A DNA stretch of 64,000 nucleotides. Origin: Eledone cirrhosa. Taxonomy: Eukaryota. The first letter of the stretch is position 1. The number at the start of each line of letters is the position of its first letter. The stretch lies in the NCBI GenBank assembly GCA_964016885.1, contig OZ024740.1:254262001-254326000 (forward strand). The letters are read 5' to 3'. The notes beneath the pieces were generated by a model. The model was not told the origin of the DNA. It did not search any database and saw nothing but the letters and a program-made list of their open reading frames with translations. Of this stretch, positions 11,891 to 25,443 are shown piece by piece. The position numbers and the translations under genes were made by a program.

Positions 11891-12299
11891 TATAATGTAC
11901 ATTTCTAGTGATGGTAAATTAAAGTTACAAAACCTTTCAAGACTTGAGCTAATCTTTTTTTTTATTCTGGTCATTAAACTGTTGCAATGCTGGGGCACTG
12001 CCTTGCAGGGACTTAGTCAATCACAATGAACACCAGTCATATTTTCAAGTCTAATTATTTTATTGATTTCTATTTGTTAAACATAAATAGACATTACCTC
12101 ATCTCACTTTATACACACAACAAACACACAAGATGGGCTTCTGAATAATTTCCATCTACACAAAGATAATGATCAGAGACCACAAGTGGTGAAATACTGT
12201 GTTGAAGAAACAGACTTGTCGAATCCTTATGTATGGAAAAACAGACGTAAAGGCTTCTTCTCAGACGGCAGTGAGATTTTGTGTTATTAATTATAACTT

Positions 12300-12960
12300 T
12301 TGTCTCTGCGAATGAAAGGTTGGCGGTATGATGCCTGTGTGTGAAGTGCTATGCTGTATGGTAATGAACGCAGAGGACATGCGGAGGTTGGAGAGAAATG
12401 AGGCAAGCATGCTTTGATGGATGTGAAATGTTAATGTGCGGTTACAACAAAGCAAGGATGAACTGAGGGAGAAACTGGGTATAAGAGGAATCAGAAATAA
12501 TGTATGCAAGAGAGGAGACTGTTAGGATGGACATGTGATGCGCAAGGATGGTGATCGCTGGGTGAAGAAGTGCCAAATAATGCCAGTGGAAGGAAGCCAT
12601 AGTAGAGGAAGTCCAAAGACCTGAATGGGTGTAGTGAGAGCTAATCTCAGATAGCTAAAATGCATGGAAGAGACAACAATGAAACACATAAATGGAGGAC
12701 CTGTCCAGCCCAAGCAAGCGTGGAACAATGAATGTAAAATGATGAAGATGATGATATATATGGATGATGAATGCTGGGTAAAGAAGTGCTAAGTAATCCC
12801 AGTGGAGGGAAGCTGCAGAAGAAGAAGACCAAGGAAGACTTAGATGGAAGTGGTAAGAACTGATCTCAGACCATTACGTTAAAACCCACGGAGGAGATGA
12901 CAATGGAACATGACAAGTTCAGAGATGCTATTCTGAGATCTTGTCTGACCCATGCAAGCA
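12300..12960 (+). mobile_element. Two adjacent degenerate RTE 3' fragments
   Basis: Sequence coding MRRLERNEASML-like and GHVMR-like motifs; tails at ~12700-12755 and ~12940-12960. Confidence 0.75.
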
Positions 12961-12978
12961 CAGCATGAGGAACTTTAC

Positions 12979-13066
12979 CTGAGTGACATCTTCATCTTGT
13001 GAATCATTGACAATTTCAGCCTCATCAGCATCAACAGAATGGTTTATGTTCAAATTAATGGTAATT
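12979..13066 (-). CDS. C1QBP: Host gene internal exon, C1QBP/p32 (MAM33 family): (x)ITINLNINHSVDADEAEIVNDSQDEDVTQ
   Basis: Minus strand ttactttcag|A ATT ACC...ACT CAG|gtaaag; 88 bp, phase 2 to phase 0. Peptide resembles the p32 segment KITVTFNINNSI followed by an acidic loop. Confidence 0.85.
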
Positions 13067-13807
13067 CTGAAAGTAAGAGGTAAACATTGATAGTCAAGCA
13101 TCAATTTAGCATATCGCTGGCCATTGTCCATGGAAATGTCTTTGCCATTGTTTGCAGGAAACAGCTGAAACACTGCTCTGACCTAGGTGTAGAATGTTAT
13201 GCTCTCGCCATTCCTTCTTCCTTTGTACGCCTTGCTCTTCCCTTCCTTTTCCTCTAATTTATGGCGTTTATATTCCTTTCCAATACTTTCTTTTTCTGTA
13301 TGTTTAACCAAATTATTATAGTTGTATAAACAAAATTACAAAAGTTTTTTTAGCATATTTAATGTAGGGATCATTAGATATCTAAACGAGATCAACACAA
13401 CAGAGCCCTTATTATACCAGGGAGATACTAGTAAATATTACAACACTAGGCAATGATTATATATATATATAATATATGTGAACATGAATGGACCTGTTAT
13501 TTTTATCTAAAGACATTTTTTTCCAATTCCATCCCACCCGTCCCCTCAATCTACTTTATTTCTCATTCTTTCTCTTGAAGGACTAGTGTCCGAAACGTTA
13601 AGGCCCTCTTCCTGCTATATCAAGCGTTAACCTAATATATACCTTCCATATACTGTACCGATTGTGTTGTTATTTCTGTTTACCTTTTATATACACACAC
13701 ACATATATATATGTATATATATCATCATCATCATTTTACGTCAGCTCTTCCCTGCTTGCAAGGGTGGGACATATTTATATGTATATATATATATGTGTGT
13801 ATATATG

Positions 13808-14148
13808 TAGAAGTTCTATTTAAATTGTTGGGATACAATAAGCAAATATTTTTTTATAACTGATATAAAGCACTCAACAAATTAATGGAGTAAAAATACG
13901 ATATCTTAACAAATGGAAACTATATTTATTTCATTATACATATTTCAAGGACACACCAAGACTATCCGGGAGCTTCCAACAGAAATGGTCGCATTCTTTA
14001 AGGGTATGCCAATATTTATTTATAAAACTGATCTATATTATATTTTATCTGATGAAAGCACACCATAATTTAACTTGGTGTCCTTGAAATATGTATAATG
14101 AAATAAATATGGTTTTATAAATATAGTTTCCATTTGTTAATATATCGT
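13808..14148. repeat. Family 1 repeat in inverted arrangement (partial minus copy plus plus-strand copy)
   Basis: Homologous to 3690-3950; 13900-13960 is the reverse complement of parts of 14072-14148. Confidence 0.8.
14035..14110 (+). ncRNA. Type I hammerhead-like motif, family 1
   Basis: CUGAUGA 14049-14055; stem II AAG-c-ACACCA...UGGUGU-c-CUU; GAAA; UAUGUAUA. Two compensatory pair changes relative to the 3751 copy. Confidence 0.75.
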
Positions 14149-14197
14149 ATGTGTGTGTATATATATATATATATTTGTGTGTGTATATATATATATT

Positions 14198-14230
<33 letters not shown>

Positions 14231-14236
<6 letters not shown>

Positions 14237-14770
14237 TACATGAATCAAAGTTCTGTTCAAATCATTTATTCGCTTACAATTGTTTCTTCCAAACCGAGGT
14301 TTGGAGTCTTCGGAGCAATTTTTCAATGATTGTTTACATACATGACCTCCTTTCCAACACAAGAGACATACAGAAACATATGTATATATAGATGCACAGT
14401 GGGTTGACATCCATTATATTTTAGCATGGCAATTTACATTCAAAGATTAAAGTCATATTAAAAGAAAATTACAACAAAATTAAAGTTATAATACAACATT
14501 GGCAGTTTACGAAGATGATGCAAGAGGATAGTTAGAAGTAGTTAGTGTATGCAATAGTTACATGTGGGGCATGCATGTGTGTCTTATTTATATAAGATTA
14601 TAGTGCGGTAAGGTGTTATATGGAATACAAGCACTTTAAGCGGGCAATCAAGAGTATTATGGGGGTTGTAATGGTAAAGTGTTTTATATGTATGATATAG
14701 AAGCTTGTGTGCAGAGAAATATTAAAAATATTAAAAATGAGAAGCAAAACAGTGTTATGGTTTTCGTATA
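14231..14770 (-). mobile_element. Penelope-like 3' terminal region, family 3 (homologous to 26250-26770)
   Basis: Colinear similarity with 26250-26770; ends in (TA)n; contains a hammerhead-like motif. Confidence 0.6.
14271..14318 (-). ncRNA. Minimal hammerhead-like motif, family 3 (U4C core variant)
   Basis: ugcu CCGAAGA c UCCAAAC-cucg-GUUUGGA a GAAA CAAUUG UA agcg. Confidence 0.6.
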
Positions 14771-14904
14771 CACCACCATTTTCACAATCCAGGAAACGTA
14801 ATATATAGATTATATGTCCTTCACATAATCTACGATGATATTCTGTAATATACTGTAATATTCCAACCTAATTCATCAAGCATCCAATATTGAATCATCG
14901 TAGA

Positions 14905-16595
14905 TTATGTGAAGGCCTACAACACCCTGGCCCTCCAACACCTTGACGATGACAACCTCTACTCCAAGGTCACGGGAATCACTCCCGCGCAGATAGAAGA
15001 GCACACACATCAACGCTGCCTGGACCAACATCTGCGACCGGCGGAAGCTCCCAAAGAAGCTGAGATACAACCTCCTCACGAGCAACAGCAGACTAACCGC
15101 CTTCTACCACCTCGTGAAAACACACAAACAGGGACCCGACCTGTATCGACCCGACTTGTATCGAGCGTGGAGGGACCACTCTACAAAATTTCATGGCTCC
15201 TAGCCAGAATACTCAAACCTATCTTAGACACCTTGCCGGGACACGTTAACAGCTCCGAGGAGGTGTTGAAGCGCCTGCATCAAATGGATCCCGACACCAG
15301 AAGGAATAATAGATATGCCTTCAGCCTAGATGTAGTCGCTCTCTACACCTCGGTCCCGGCACTCCCGGCCGTCAATATACTGATGGAACGCGTCCAATCC
15401 ACCGACCTACACTGCTTCGGGCTCACCACCACTGACATCCACCAACTCCTATCCATCGTCGTCGACAACACCTAGTTCAGATTCCTTGACCAGACATACC
15501 AACAAACCTCGGGATTGCCCATGGGATCAAGCCTGTCGGGTGTGCTAGAGATCTCTTACATGGACAACCTCGAGCGCAAGGCACTCAACACCTGCCACCC
15601 GAACGCTGTCGCCTTTTTCTCAAGGTACGTGGACGATATCCTCATCCTCACATCTTCCCAAGACACGGCGAACAGAATCTATGAGACGTTCAACAACACG
15701 GACGAGATCATTGACAACAGTGTTGAACACCCCAACAAACAAAGACGGGTCACTTGCCATCCTCGACTTCCGAATCAACATCACGGAACAGGGAAGGATC
15801 CACTGCAACTTCTACCGAAAGGCAGCCTGCAGAGCCCTGTTCGTTCACTACAAGTCCGCCCTCCCTAACAGTGCCAAAAGAGGATACATCACGAACGAGA
15901 TCGCGCGAATCAAAAACAGATGCAGCGATCCCACGAGTGGTGTCACTCATACCAAGCGATTCCTCGAGGTGCTGGAGACAAACGGGTACCCTACCTCGCT
16001 CACAGACAGAGTAGGAGACACCAGACACAAGAGACAGAGAGGCACCCAAGGCAAGTGCTTCCTTAAAATGCCACACCTGGGCGAGAATACCACACACGCA
16101 CACACACACAAGCGAGACAACAACACACGCACACACAGTAACATTTAACAAACAGGCAGAGAATGGAGTGACAGCTAACGCCACCCCACTCCCACAATTG
16201 AAAGAACTACTTCGGCTGCTGACCTCTGCCCGACCGACCCCATTTCACGCGCGCTCTGCTGAATACCTCAGATATTCAAAACAACAAACAGCGGAGGACG
16301 CGTTTCGCACCTTTCCAACAGACAACCTTTCCCCCACCCCGGAAAAAAACCCCAGTTGATGGATGTGAATCCGAAATATATAGGGACAATTAAATCTCTC
16401 CCAAGGTAACTCTCTCTCGTGTTTTTATTTTTATTCTATCCTTTATACTCTTTCCTTCATTCCTCTACACGTCTTATACACGCCACGCATCTCAACGTAC
16501 ACCCACTTACATCTCTCTCTCCACCACCGGATCTTGTTACCCGGAGATTTACCCATTTGCATTGTCGAGGCTTTCAAACGACTTAAAGATATTTA

Positions 16596-16598
<3 letters not shown>
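14905..16598 (+). mobile_element. 5'-truncated, disrupted Penelope-like element (RT region)
   Basis: FSLDVVALYTSVP, PMGSSLSG, RYVDDIL, LAILDF, FYRK, SALP motifs split by stop and frameshifts. No GIY-YIG visible. Ends at a (TA)n run. Confidence 0.88.
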
Positions 16599-16655
<57 letters not shown>

Positions 16656-16658
<3 letters not shown>

Positions 16659-17260
16659 GAATAATCGAGAATCGGAATATCAGCCCACGAAATCACGATA
16701 AACAATATCCGATATATGTGGCAGAGGGCTCAATAATTTGAAAAAATCACAGCTATAACTATCGTTAAAATACCAACACATAGAGATCATGCCTAAAATC
16801 ACCCGTGCAGCCGAAAAAGAACGACCGGGAAGATTCGGGTCACTGAAATAAAATATCAATAAATTAATAAATTAAATATATATACAGTATTTACGTATCG
16901 AGAGAGAGAGAGAAAAAAAAAAAAAAGAATTAATTGCCAAGTAGCGTATGCCAAAAGTGCTCGATACTAGTACCGGCAGTATTAAATATTCGAAGTGTTA
17001 ATATTTAGTGGGCTAGAGAATTAGCAGAGCGTAAGCACGTGGGAAAGTAAGAAATCGGAGAATAGACCGTTAAAACAAGTTTATTTAAAACAGCACCTAC
17101 GTACGCTTCGCCCAGTTGGGCTTCTCAAGAGCATAAATAATCAAAAGTATTCCTTACATTGCTCGGAAAGAGTTTTTGGAGTTAAATCCACGTCAAAGTT
17201 CATTGCTCGCAAAAATAGCTTGTTTTGATTTTGCAGCAGGTCAAGGGAGGTAACTCTGGC
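16656..17260 (-). mobile_element. Penelope-like 3' terminal fragment
   Basis: 16656-16885 is a reverse-complement homologue of 50040-50253. Degenerate hammerhead-like motif at 17091-17134. Confidence 0.55.
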
Positions 17261-17284
17261 CGGTGTTAGGGCAGTCTTTCTACT

Positions 17285-17788
17285 CCGGAGTAGGCAGACC
17301 CAGAAATACCTCGGACGACCTGATAAATTCCGACCTCACACACTTACACCTCTCCAAGACAATATCACTGGACCGAGATCTTTGGCGGTACTCAGTAATA
17401 GAGAAGACCCGCCTTACCTAAATACAAAGTAAAACATACTACAGTCAGTAGGCATCTCTAACAAAATACACCCCCGTCCCACCACCCCCACCCCATTCAA
17501 TATAAAGTTATGTTGGTGCCACAACATCCAGGCCGAAACAAATGAGATCGTATAGGTGTTACGACACAAAAAAACACAATCCACGCTGTAATGTGGCCGT
17601 GTAGGCAACGCGGTAAAAACCTCCCAGTCCCACACTGTAAATGTGGTTGGTGTTAGGAAGGGCATCCAGCTGTAGAAAACCCGCCAGACAGCCCTATGCG
17701 AGCAATACAACCACTCTTGCTTCAAGTGGGAAAACGCCCGTCCAAACCCATGCAAGTGTGGAACATGGACGTTAAACGATGATGATGA

Positions 17789-17792
<4 letters not shown>
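17285..17792 (+). mobile_element. RTE family B 3' fragment with (GAT)n tail
   Basis: Similar to 41670-42166. Confidence 0.9.
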
Positions 17793-19390
<1,598 letters not shown>

Positions 19391-19817
19391 ATCATCATCA
19401 ACGTTTAACATCCATGTTCCACGCTTGCATGGGTTTGGACGGGCGTTTTCCCACTTGAAGCAAGAGTGGTTGTCTTGCTCGCATAGGACTGTCTGGCAGG
19501 TTTTCTACAGTTGGATGCCCTTCCTAACACCAACCACATTTACATTGTGGGTCTGGGAGGTTTTTACCGTGTTGCCTGCACGGCCACATTACAGCTTGGA
19601 CTGTGTGTTTTTTTGTCGTGACACCTACACAATCTCATTTGTTTCGGCCTGGATGGTGTGGCACCAACACAACTTTACATAGAAGGGGGCGGTGTGGATG
19701 GGATGGGGGTGGTGGGGCGGGGGTGCATATTGTTAGAGATGCCTACTGACTGTAGTAGGTTTTACTATGTATTTAGGTAAGGCGGGTCTTCTCTATTACT
19801 GAGTATCGCCAAAGGTC
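19391..19817 (-). mobile_element. RTE family B 3' fragment, inverted relative to 17285-17792
   Basis: Starts atcatcatcaacgtttaac, the reverse complement of the RTE-B tail. Confidence 0.9.
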
Positions 19818-19851
19818 TATATATATATATATATATATATATACATACATA

Positions 19852-19947
<96 letters not shown>

Positions 19948-20396
19948 CATACATATATATACATATATATATACATACATATATATACATATATACATAT
20001 ACATATATATATATGTACATACATATACATATATGTACATACATATACATATATATATATGTACATACATATACATATATATATATATACATATATATAC
20101 ATACATATACATATATACATACATATACATATATATATATATGTACAAAGATATACATACATATACATACATATATATATATATATACATACATATACAT
20201 ATATATATACATACATATACATATATATATACATACATATATATATATACATACATATACATATATATATACATACATATATATATATACATACATATAT
20301 ACATATATACACATATATATATATATACATACATATATATATATACATACATATATATATATACATACATATATATATATACATACATATATATAT

Positions 20397-20427
<31 letters not shown>

Positions 20428-20464
20428 CATACATACATACACATATATACATACATATATATAT

Positions 20465-20495
<31 letters not shown>

Positions 20496-20810
20496 CATAC
20501 ATACATACATACATATATATACATACATATACATATATATATACATACATATACATACATATACATATATATATACATACATATACATACATATACATAT
20601 ATATATACATACATATACATATATATATAGATACATATACATATATATATATATATATATATACATACATATATATATATACATATATATATATACATAC
20701 ATACATATATATATATACATACATATATATATATACATACATACATACATACATATACATACATATATATATATATATTTACATATATATATATATATTT
20801 ACATATATAT
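19818..20810. repeat. (TA)n/(TACA) microsatellite
   Basis: Directly visible. Confidence 0.98.
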
Positions 20811-21268
20811 AGCAGTTGAGCAGTTGAAGTATAAGGACGTGTTTTTACTTCTCTCCCCGAGTAAGCAGCAAGTCACACAGCCACAAAACAAAACCACAAG
20901 ACAAAACCAAACAAACAAAAATTGACCGGTTAATACATTTACATACATCTATATTATTATATATTTGAAAATTGACTGGTTAATACATTTTTCATACATC
21001 TATATTATTATATATTTGAAACCACGTGTTTTCGAACTTGTGAGTACATTTTCCTTTAACTACAAATTATTATTATATACTTTCGTCTTTTCATTAACTT
21101 AATTAATTTCAAATAACCAGAATATACATATATATATATATTTATATATATACGCTTCTCACTCACACACAAGAAAAACAAAAAACAAAAATAAATCAAA
21201 AATAAATTTAAAAAAAATATATATATATTGAAATACTTAACTAAAACACACACACACTCAAAACTAGA

Positions 21269-22435
21269 ATGGCTAACCAGCAAAAATCCAAACAGAACTG
21301 GTCTGATAATGAAATCGACATTCTAATAAACACATGGCATTGCCTTTCCCAAACAGAAGACATACATGCTTCATCTCTGAACGACATTGCTAAACGTACA
21401 GTTCAATTTTTGAAAACTCGATCTGAACAACAGATTCAAAATAAATTAAAGCAAATCGAAATTGCTTTTAAATTAATCAATAAACATTTGGATAAACTAC
21501 GGTGTGTTTTCTCTTCGAATGCTGTCCAGCAGCAGCAGCAACAACAACAGCAGCTACAACAGCAACAACAACAACAGCTACAACAACAACATCAACAACA
21601 GCTACAACAACAACATCAACAACAGCAACAACAACAATAACGACAACAACAGTGTGAACCACTCCTTGATTCATCAACAATGGCCGATCTACTAAATGAA
21701 ACTATTGACCCCCCAGTAGCCTCTGTCTCACAGCATGAAACGCCACATCCTTTCTCTGGCCCAGCAGTCCAATCATCACCACTGCCAACATCTCTGCCTA
21801 CTACTACTACAACATTTTTGTCTACTGCTATGTCAAGGAATTTACCTTCTAATACCAGAACAAGAACTCTCCCTCCCACAGTCCACAAAGGTCGTCAAAT
21901 CCTACCCAAACCATCATCTACACCTCTCACAACACACACACCCACATACCCACCCACTCGAAACCCCATCATTTGCCGCTACTCTCTACGCTATAGAATA
22001 TGTACGGATAGTGGCTGCAAATTCACCCATTTACCTAGGACAAAACGATCTATCCCCACAAACAGCCACCACCATAATACATACTCTAATTTAACACCAA
22101 CACAACCACCAATAACTCAAACAAGGAATCCACAAATCTGCCGTTTTTCCCTGCGAGACAGATTGTGTTTAGACCGGGATTGTCCCTTTACCCATCTCCC
22201 GGGGACCCGTCGGATAAATGAAAATAAAATTAAAAATAAAAGCAAAAACAAAAACCATAACCTACATAAAAATAACCACTACCACAGTCACCAACAGTCT
22301 TCTAAACAGGAAACTTCTTCCTCTTTTTTAGCCATAATGAATCTGGCAAAAGAACTGGAAAAAAACATTCGAGCTATCACCCAGCACCACCCTCCACTAT
22401 CACCCCACTGCACAAACTCCCATTGCTGCCATTAA
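21269..22435 (+). CDS. LINE ORF1: Myb/SANT-like domain, polyQ, two CCCH fingers; one in-frame TAA at 21638-21640
   Basis: ORFs 21269-21640 and 21680-22435 share a frame and are separated only by CAA>TAA in the polyQ tract. WSDNEIDILINTW...IAKR...RSEQQIQNKLKQI; CRYSLRYRICTDSGCKFTH; CRFSLRDRLCLDRDCPFTH. Confidence 0.75.
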
Positions 22436-25400
22436 CAAACAAACAAATTAACAACACACCAAAACAATTAAAACCATCCACTCTCGCCTCTACATTTTTG
22501 CTTAACGCCCAAGGCATCAGCCCTTCCACCAATACTCAAAAATGGAAGATCAAATTCCTGGAGGACTGGATTGATGTCCATCCAAACCACATCCCTTTCT
22601 TCGTCCTCACTGAAACCCATCTCAGCAACCTCCACTTGGAAGCCGAGGTGAAAGTGAAAAATTTCAAAGCCATCCGTGCTGATCGCGCTGGCAGAAGAAA
22701 GGGCGGAACTGCCATTTATGTCCATAATTCTTTCTCAACAGAGGCTATGAACATATTCACTAATGGATACTGTGAAGCAGTCACTGTATTCAGTCAAACC
22801 AACAACCTATTAGTAGTTGGGCTCTATAGGCCACCCCAAACGCCTGTACCATGCTTCAAGGAATGCCTCAACAGCATAAAGTGTTTCATCCAAGAGTGTC
22901 ACCCTGACAACATCTTAATGATGGGGGACTTCAACCTCCCCGGAGTTGACTGGTCCACAAACAGCCTGCCACCAGGTTCTTCTGCCTCAACCTCTGACAG
23001 GGAAGCTGTGGAATCGCTTCTTGACTTCATGGATGATTTCTTCCTATCCCAACTAGTGCTCGAACCAATGAGGTGCCACAAAAACGTCCTAGACTTAATT
23101 TTCAGCAATCACACTGACAATATCCACAATATTGCAGTGGAGAAAACTCTACTCTCTGATCATGACATGGTTCTCTGTGATCTGAGATTCCACCGTCCAA
23201 TATACAAACCCAATGTCATCTCTCCTGTCCATCCGTTTGACGCTATGGATTTCCACAATGCAAACTGGGAAGCGATCGGTCATGATCTTGCACATGTCGA
23301 CTGGTCCTTCACGCACACTCATACACCCACTAACATCAAAAAGTCCTGGCAGACATTTGTGGACACTGTTACAAACATATGTGCTAAACACACCCCATTA
23401 AGAACTATAAACAAATCTAAGAGCAGAATCCCTAGAAATAGAAAAACGCTCATCAGAAAAATTAAGAGAACGAACAAAAAAATCAACAAGCTGAAATACT
23501 GTCAGCAGCAACACATCAACTTGACTGCCATTTCATCACTAGAGATTAAAAAACATAACCTCCAAAACAACATAATGTCCCTCATCAACAATCAGAGAAG
23601 AGCTGAAGAGGCCTGGGCCATTGAGAGGATCAAACTCAATCCCAAAGTGTTCTTTTCATTTGCAAAAAAACACAAAATCACTGGCTCTACTGTTGGCCCT
23701 CTAATTGATGAAAATGGCACTCTTCAAGACAATGCTAAAACCATGGGTGAGATACTGCAGAAACAATACTGCTCTGTTTTCAGCAATCCTGATATGGCCG
23801 ATCTGGGCTGTATCGGCGATGTTACTCCCCATTACACCTTATCGGACATAACGTTTGGCGCCCCTGATGTCTTGGCGGCAATAAAGGAAATCAAGCATAA
23901 TTCAGCAGTAGGTCCCGATAGGTTCTCTGCTTGTGTCTTGAAGGCGTGTCAACACCAACTTGCATCTCCTCTTGCCAATCTGTGGCGGAACTCACTGGAT
24001 GCTGGATATGTGCCAGAAAACCTTCTATCCCAGTCTGTTGTCCCAGTTTTCAAAAAGGGAAACAAATCCCTTGCCGTGAATTACCGTCCAATCTCACTCA
24101 CCTCTCATATCATTAAGGTATTTGAGCGAGTGGTGAGATCGCGAATGACCCACTTCCTTGAGAGTAACAATATGCTGAACTCCAACCAGCATGGATTCCG
24201 TAATGGAAGAGATTGCCTGACGCAGCTACTGCATCACTTTGATGACATTTTGAGAGCCTTGGGAGAGGGTTCCAACACTGATGTTATCTACCTTGATTTC
24301 AGCAAGGCCTTTGACAGGGTTGATCATAACATTCTACTGAGAAAGCTGTCCAATATTGGTGTCACTGGAAGGCTGCTGCAGTGGATCAAGAGCTTCCTGT
24401 CAAACAGAACCCAACATGTTGTAGTTGAGGGAGTCAAATCAAGCCCAGCCAAAGTCAGTAGTGGAGTCCCACAAGGCACTGTGTTGGGCCCACTTCTCTT
24501 CATCATCTATATTAATGACATCACTGACATCATCAAACACAGCAACATTAAAATTTTCGCTGATGATTCCAAGCTCCAAAAGGTCATCAATGGCGTGGAT
24601 GACCGGATAAGCCTTCAGTCAGACCTACTGGCTGTTACCCAATGGGCAGAAAAGAGCAACATGTTACTGAACGAAGACAAATTCGAACTGATCCACTTTG
24701 GAAAAGAGGATGCTCTGAAACTTCCGTACTCCCTTCCCTCCGGGGAAACTCTCGTGGCATCTAACAACATCAGAGACTTGGGAGTAACCGTGGACAGCAA
24801 CATAAGCTGGACCACGCATATAAGCAGCAAAGTTGACATGGCCCGCAGAATGTGTTCCTGGATCCTCAGAACCTTCCAGTCGAGAGATTCCCGCACCATT
24901 ATCCTTCTCTTCTCTACTTTCGCCCGACCACACCTTGAATACTGTTGTCCACTGTGGTCTCCCCACACGAAACAAAGTATCATGAAACTTGAAGCTCCTC
25001 AAAGGGCAATCACGAAAAAGATAGATGGCATGTCAGACCTTGACTACTGGGGTCGATTGGAAAACCTGAAACTTTACTCACTCCAACGTCGCCGTGAGCG
25101 TTATATTATCTGCATGATGTGGAAAATGTTCCATCATCACTGCCCAAATGATGTTGGCATCGCCTTCAAGATACACCCAAGGCTTGGGCCCCGTGCTATC
25201 CGTCCCATTCAAAAATCTAAATCGCAACTCATAACAACACTACGGCACAATTATTTCACCTCAATCGGCCCTGCTCTCTTCAACATCACACCAAGACACG
25301 TCAAAACAGAAACTGACCACACAAAATTCAAGAAGTCTTTGGACAAATTCCTCCAAGTAATCCCGGACAAACCACCCACACCCGAATATGTCTCCGCAAA

Positions 25401-25443
25401 CAGTAATTCTCTTCTCGAATGGGCCATGGTGCCCAAATCCTGA
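22306..25443 (+). CDS. LINE ORF2: AP endonuclease plus reverse transcriptase, uninterrupted, no ATG before the EN domain
   Basis: LNAQG, LTETH, YRPP, MGDFN, SDH; YRPISLT, YLDFSKAFDRV, GVPQGTVLGP, FADD. Frame is open from 22306. Confidence 0.93.
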   Translation, partial: TGNFFLFFSHNESGKRTGKKHSSYHPAPPSTITPLHKLPLLPLTNKQINNTPKQLKPSTLASTFLLNAQGISPSTNTQKWKIKFLEDWIDVHPNHIPFFVLTETHLSNLHLEAEVKVKNFKAIRADRAGRRKGGTAIYVHNSFSTEAMNIFTNGYCEAVTVFSQTNNLLVVGLYRPPQTPVPCFKECLNSIKCFIQECHPDNILMMGDFNLPGVDWSTNSLPPGSSASTSDREAVESLLDFMDDFFLSQLVLEPMRCHKNVLDLIFSNHTDNIHNIAVEKTLLSDHDMVLCDLRFHRPIYKPNVISPVHPFDAMDFHNANWEAIGHDLAHVDWSFTHTHTPTNIKKSWQTFVDTVTNICAKHTPLRTINKSKSRIPRNRKTLIRKIKRTNKKINKLKYCQQQHINLTAISSLEIKKHNLQNNIMSLINNQRRAEEAWAIERIKLNPKVFFSFAKKHKITGSTVGPLIDENGTLQDNAKTMGEILQKQYCSVFSNPDMADLGCIGDVTPHYTLSDITFGAPDVLAAIKEIKHNSAVGPDRFSACVLKACQHQLASPLANLWRNSLDAGYVPENLLSQSVVPVFKKGNKSLAVNYRPISLTSHIIKVFERVVRSRMTHFLESNNMLNSNQHGFRNGRDCLTQLLHHFDDILRALGEGSNTDVIYLDFSKAFDRVDHNILLRKLSNIGVTGRLLQWIKSFLSNRTQHVVVEGVKSSPAKVSSGVPQGTVLGPLLFIIYINDITDIIKHSNIKIFADDSKLQKVINGVDDRISLQSDLLAVTQWAEKSNMLLNEDKFELIHFGKEDALKLPYSLPSGETLVASNNIRDLGVTVDSNISWTTHISSKVDMARRMCSWILRTFQSRDSRTIILLFSTFARPHLEYCCPLWSPHTKQSIMKLEAPQRAITKKIDGMSDLDYWGRLENLKLYSLQRRRERYIICMMWKMFHHHCPNDVGIAFKIHPRLGPRAIRPIQKSKSQLITTLRHNYFTSIGPALFNITPRHVKTETDHTKFKKSLDKFLQVIPDKPPTPEYVSANSNSLLEWAMVPKS

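Noticed and set aside
11978-12170. Possible second SINE family remnant
   Set aside because: Too diverged to support from this window alone.
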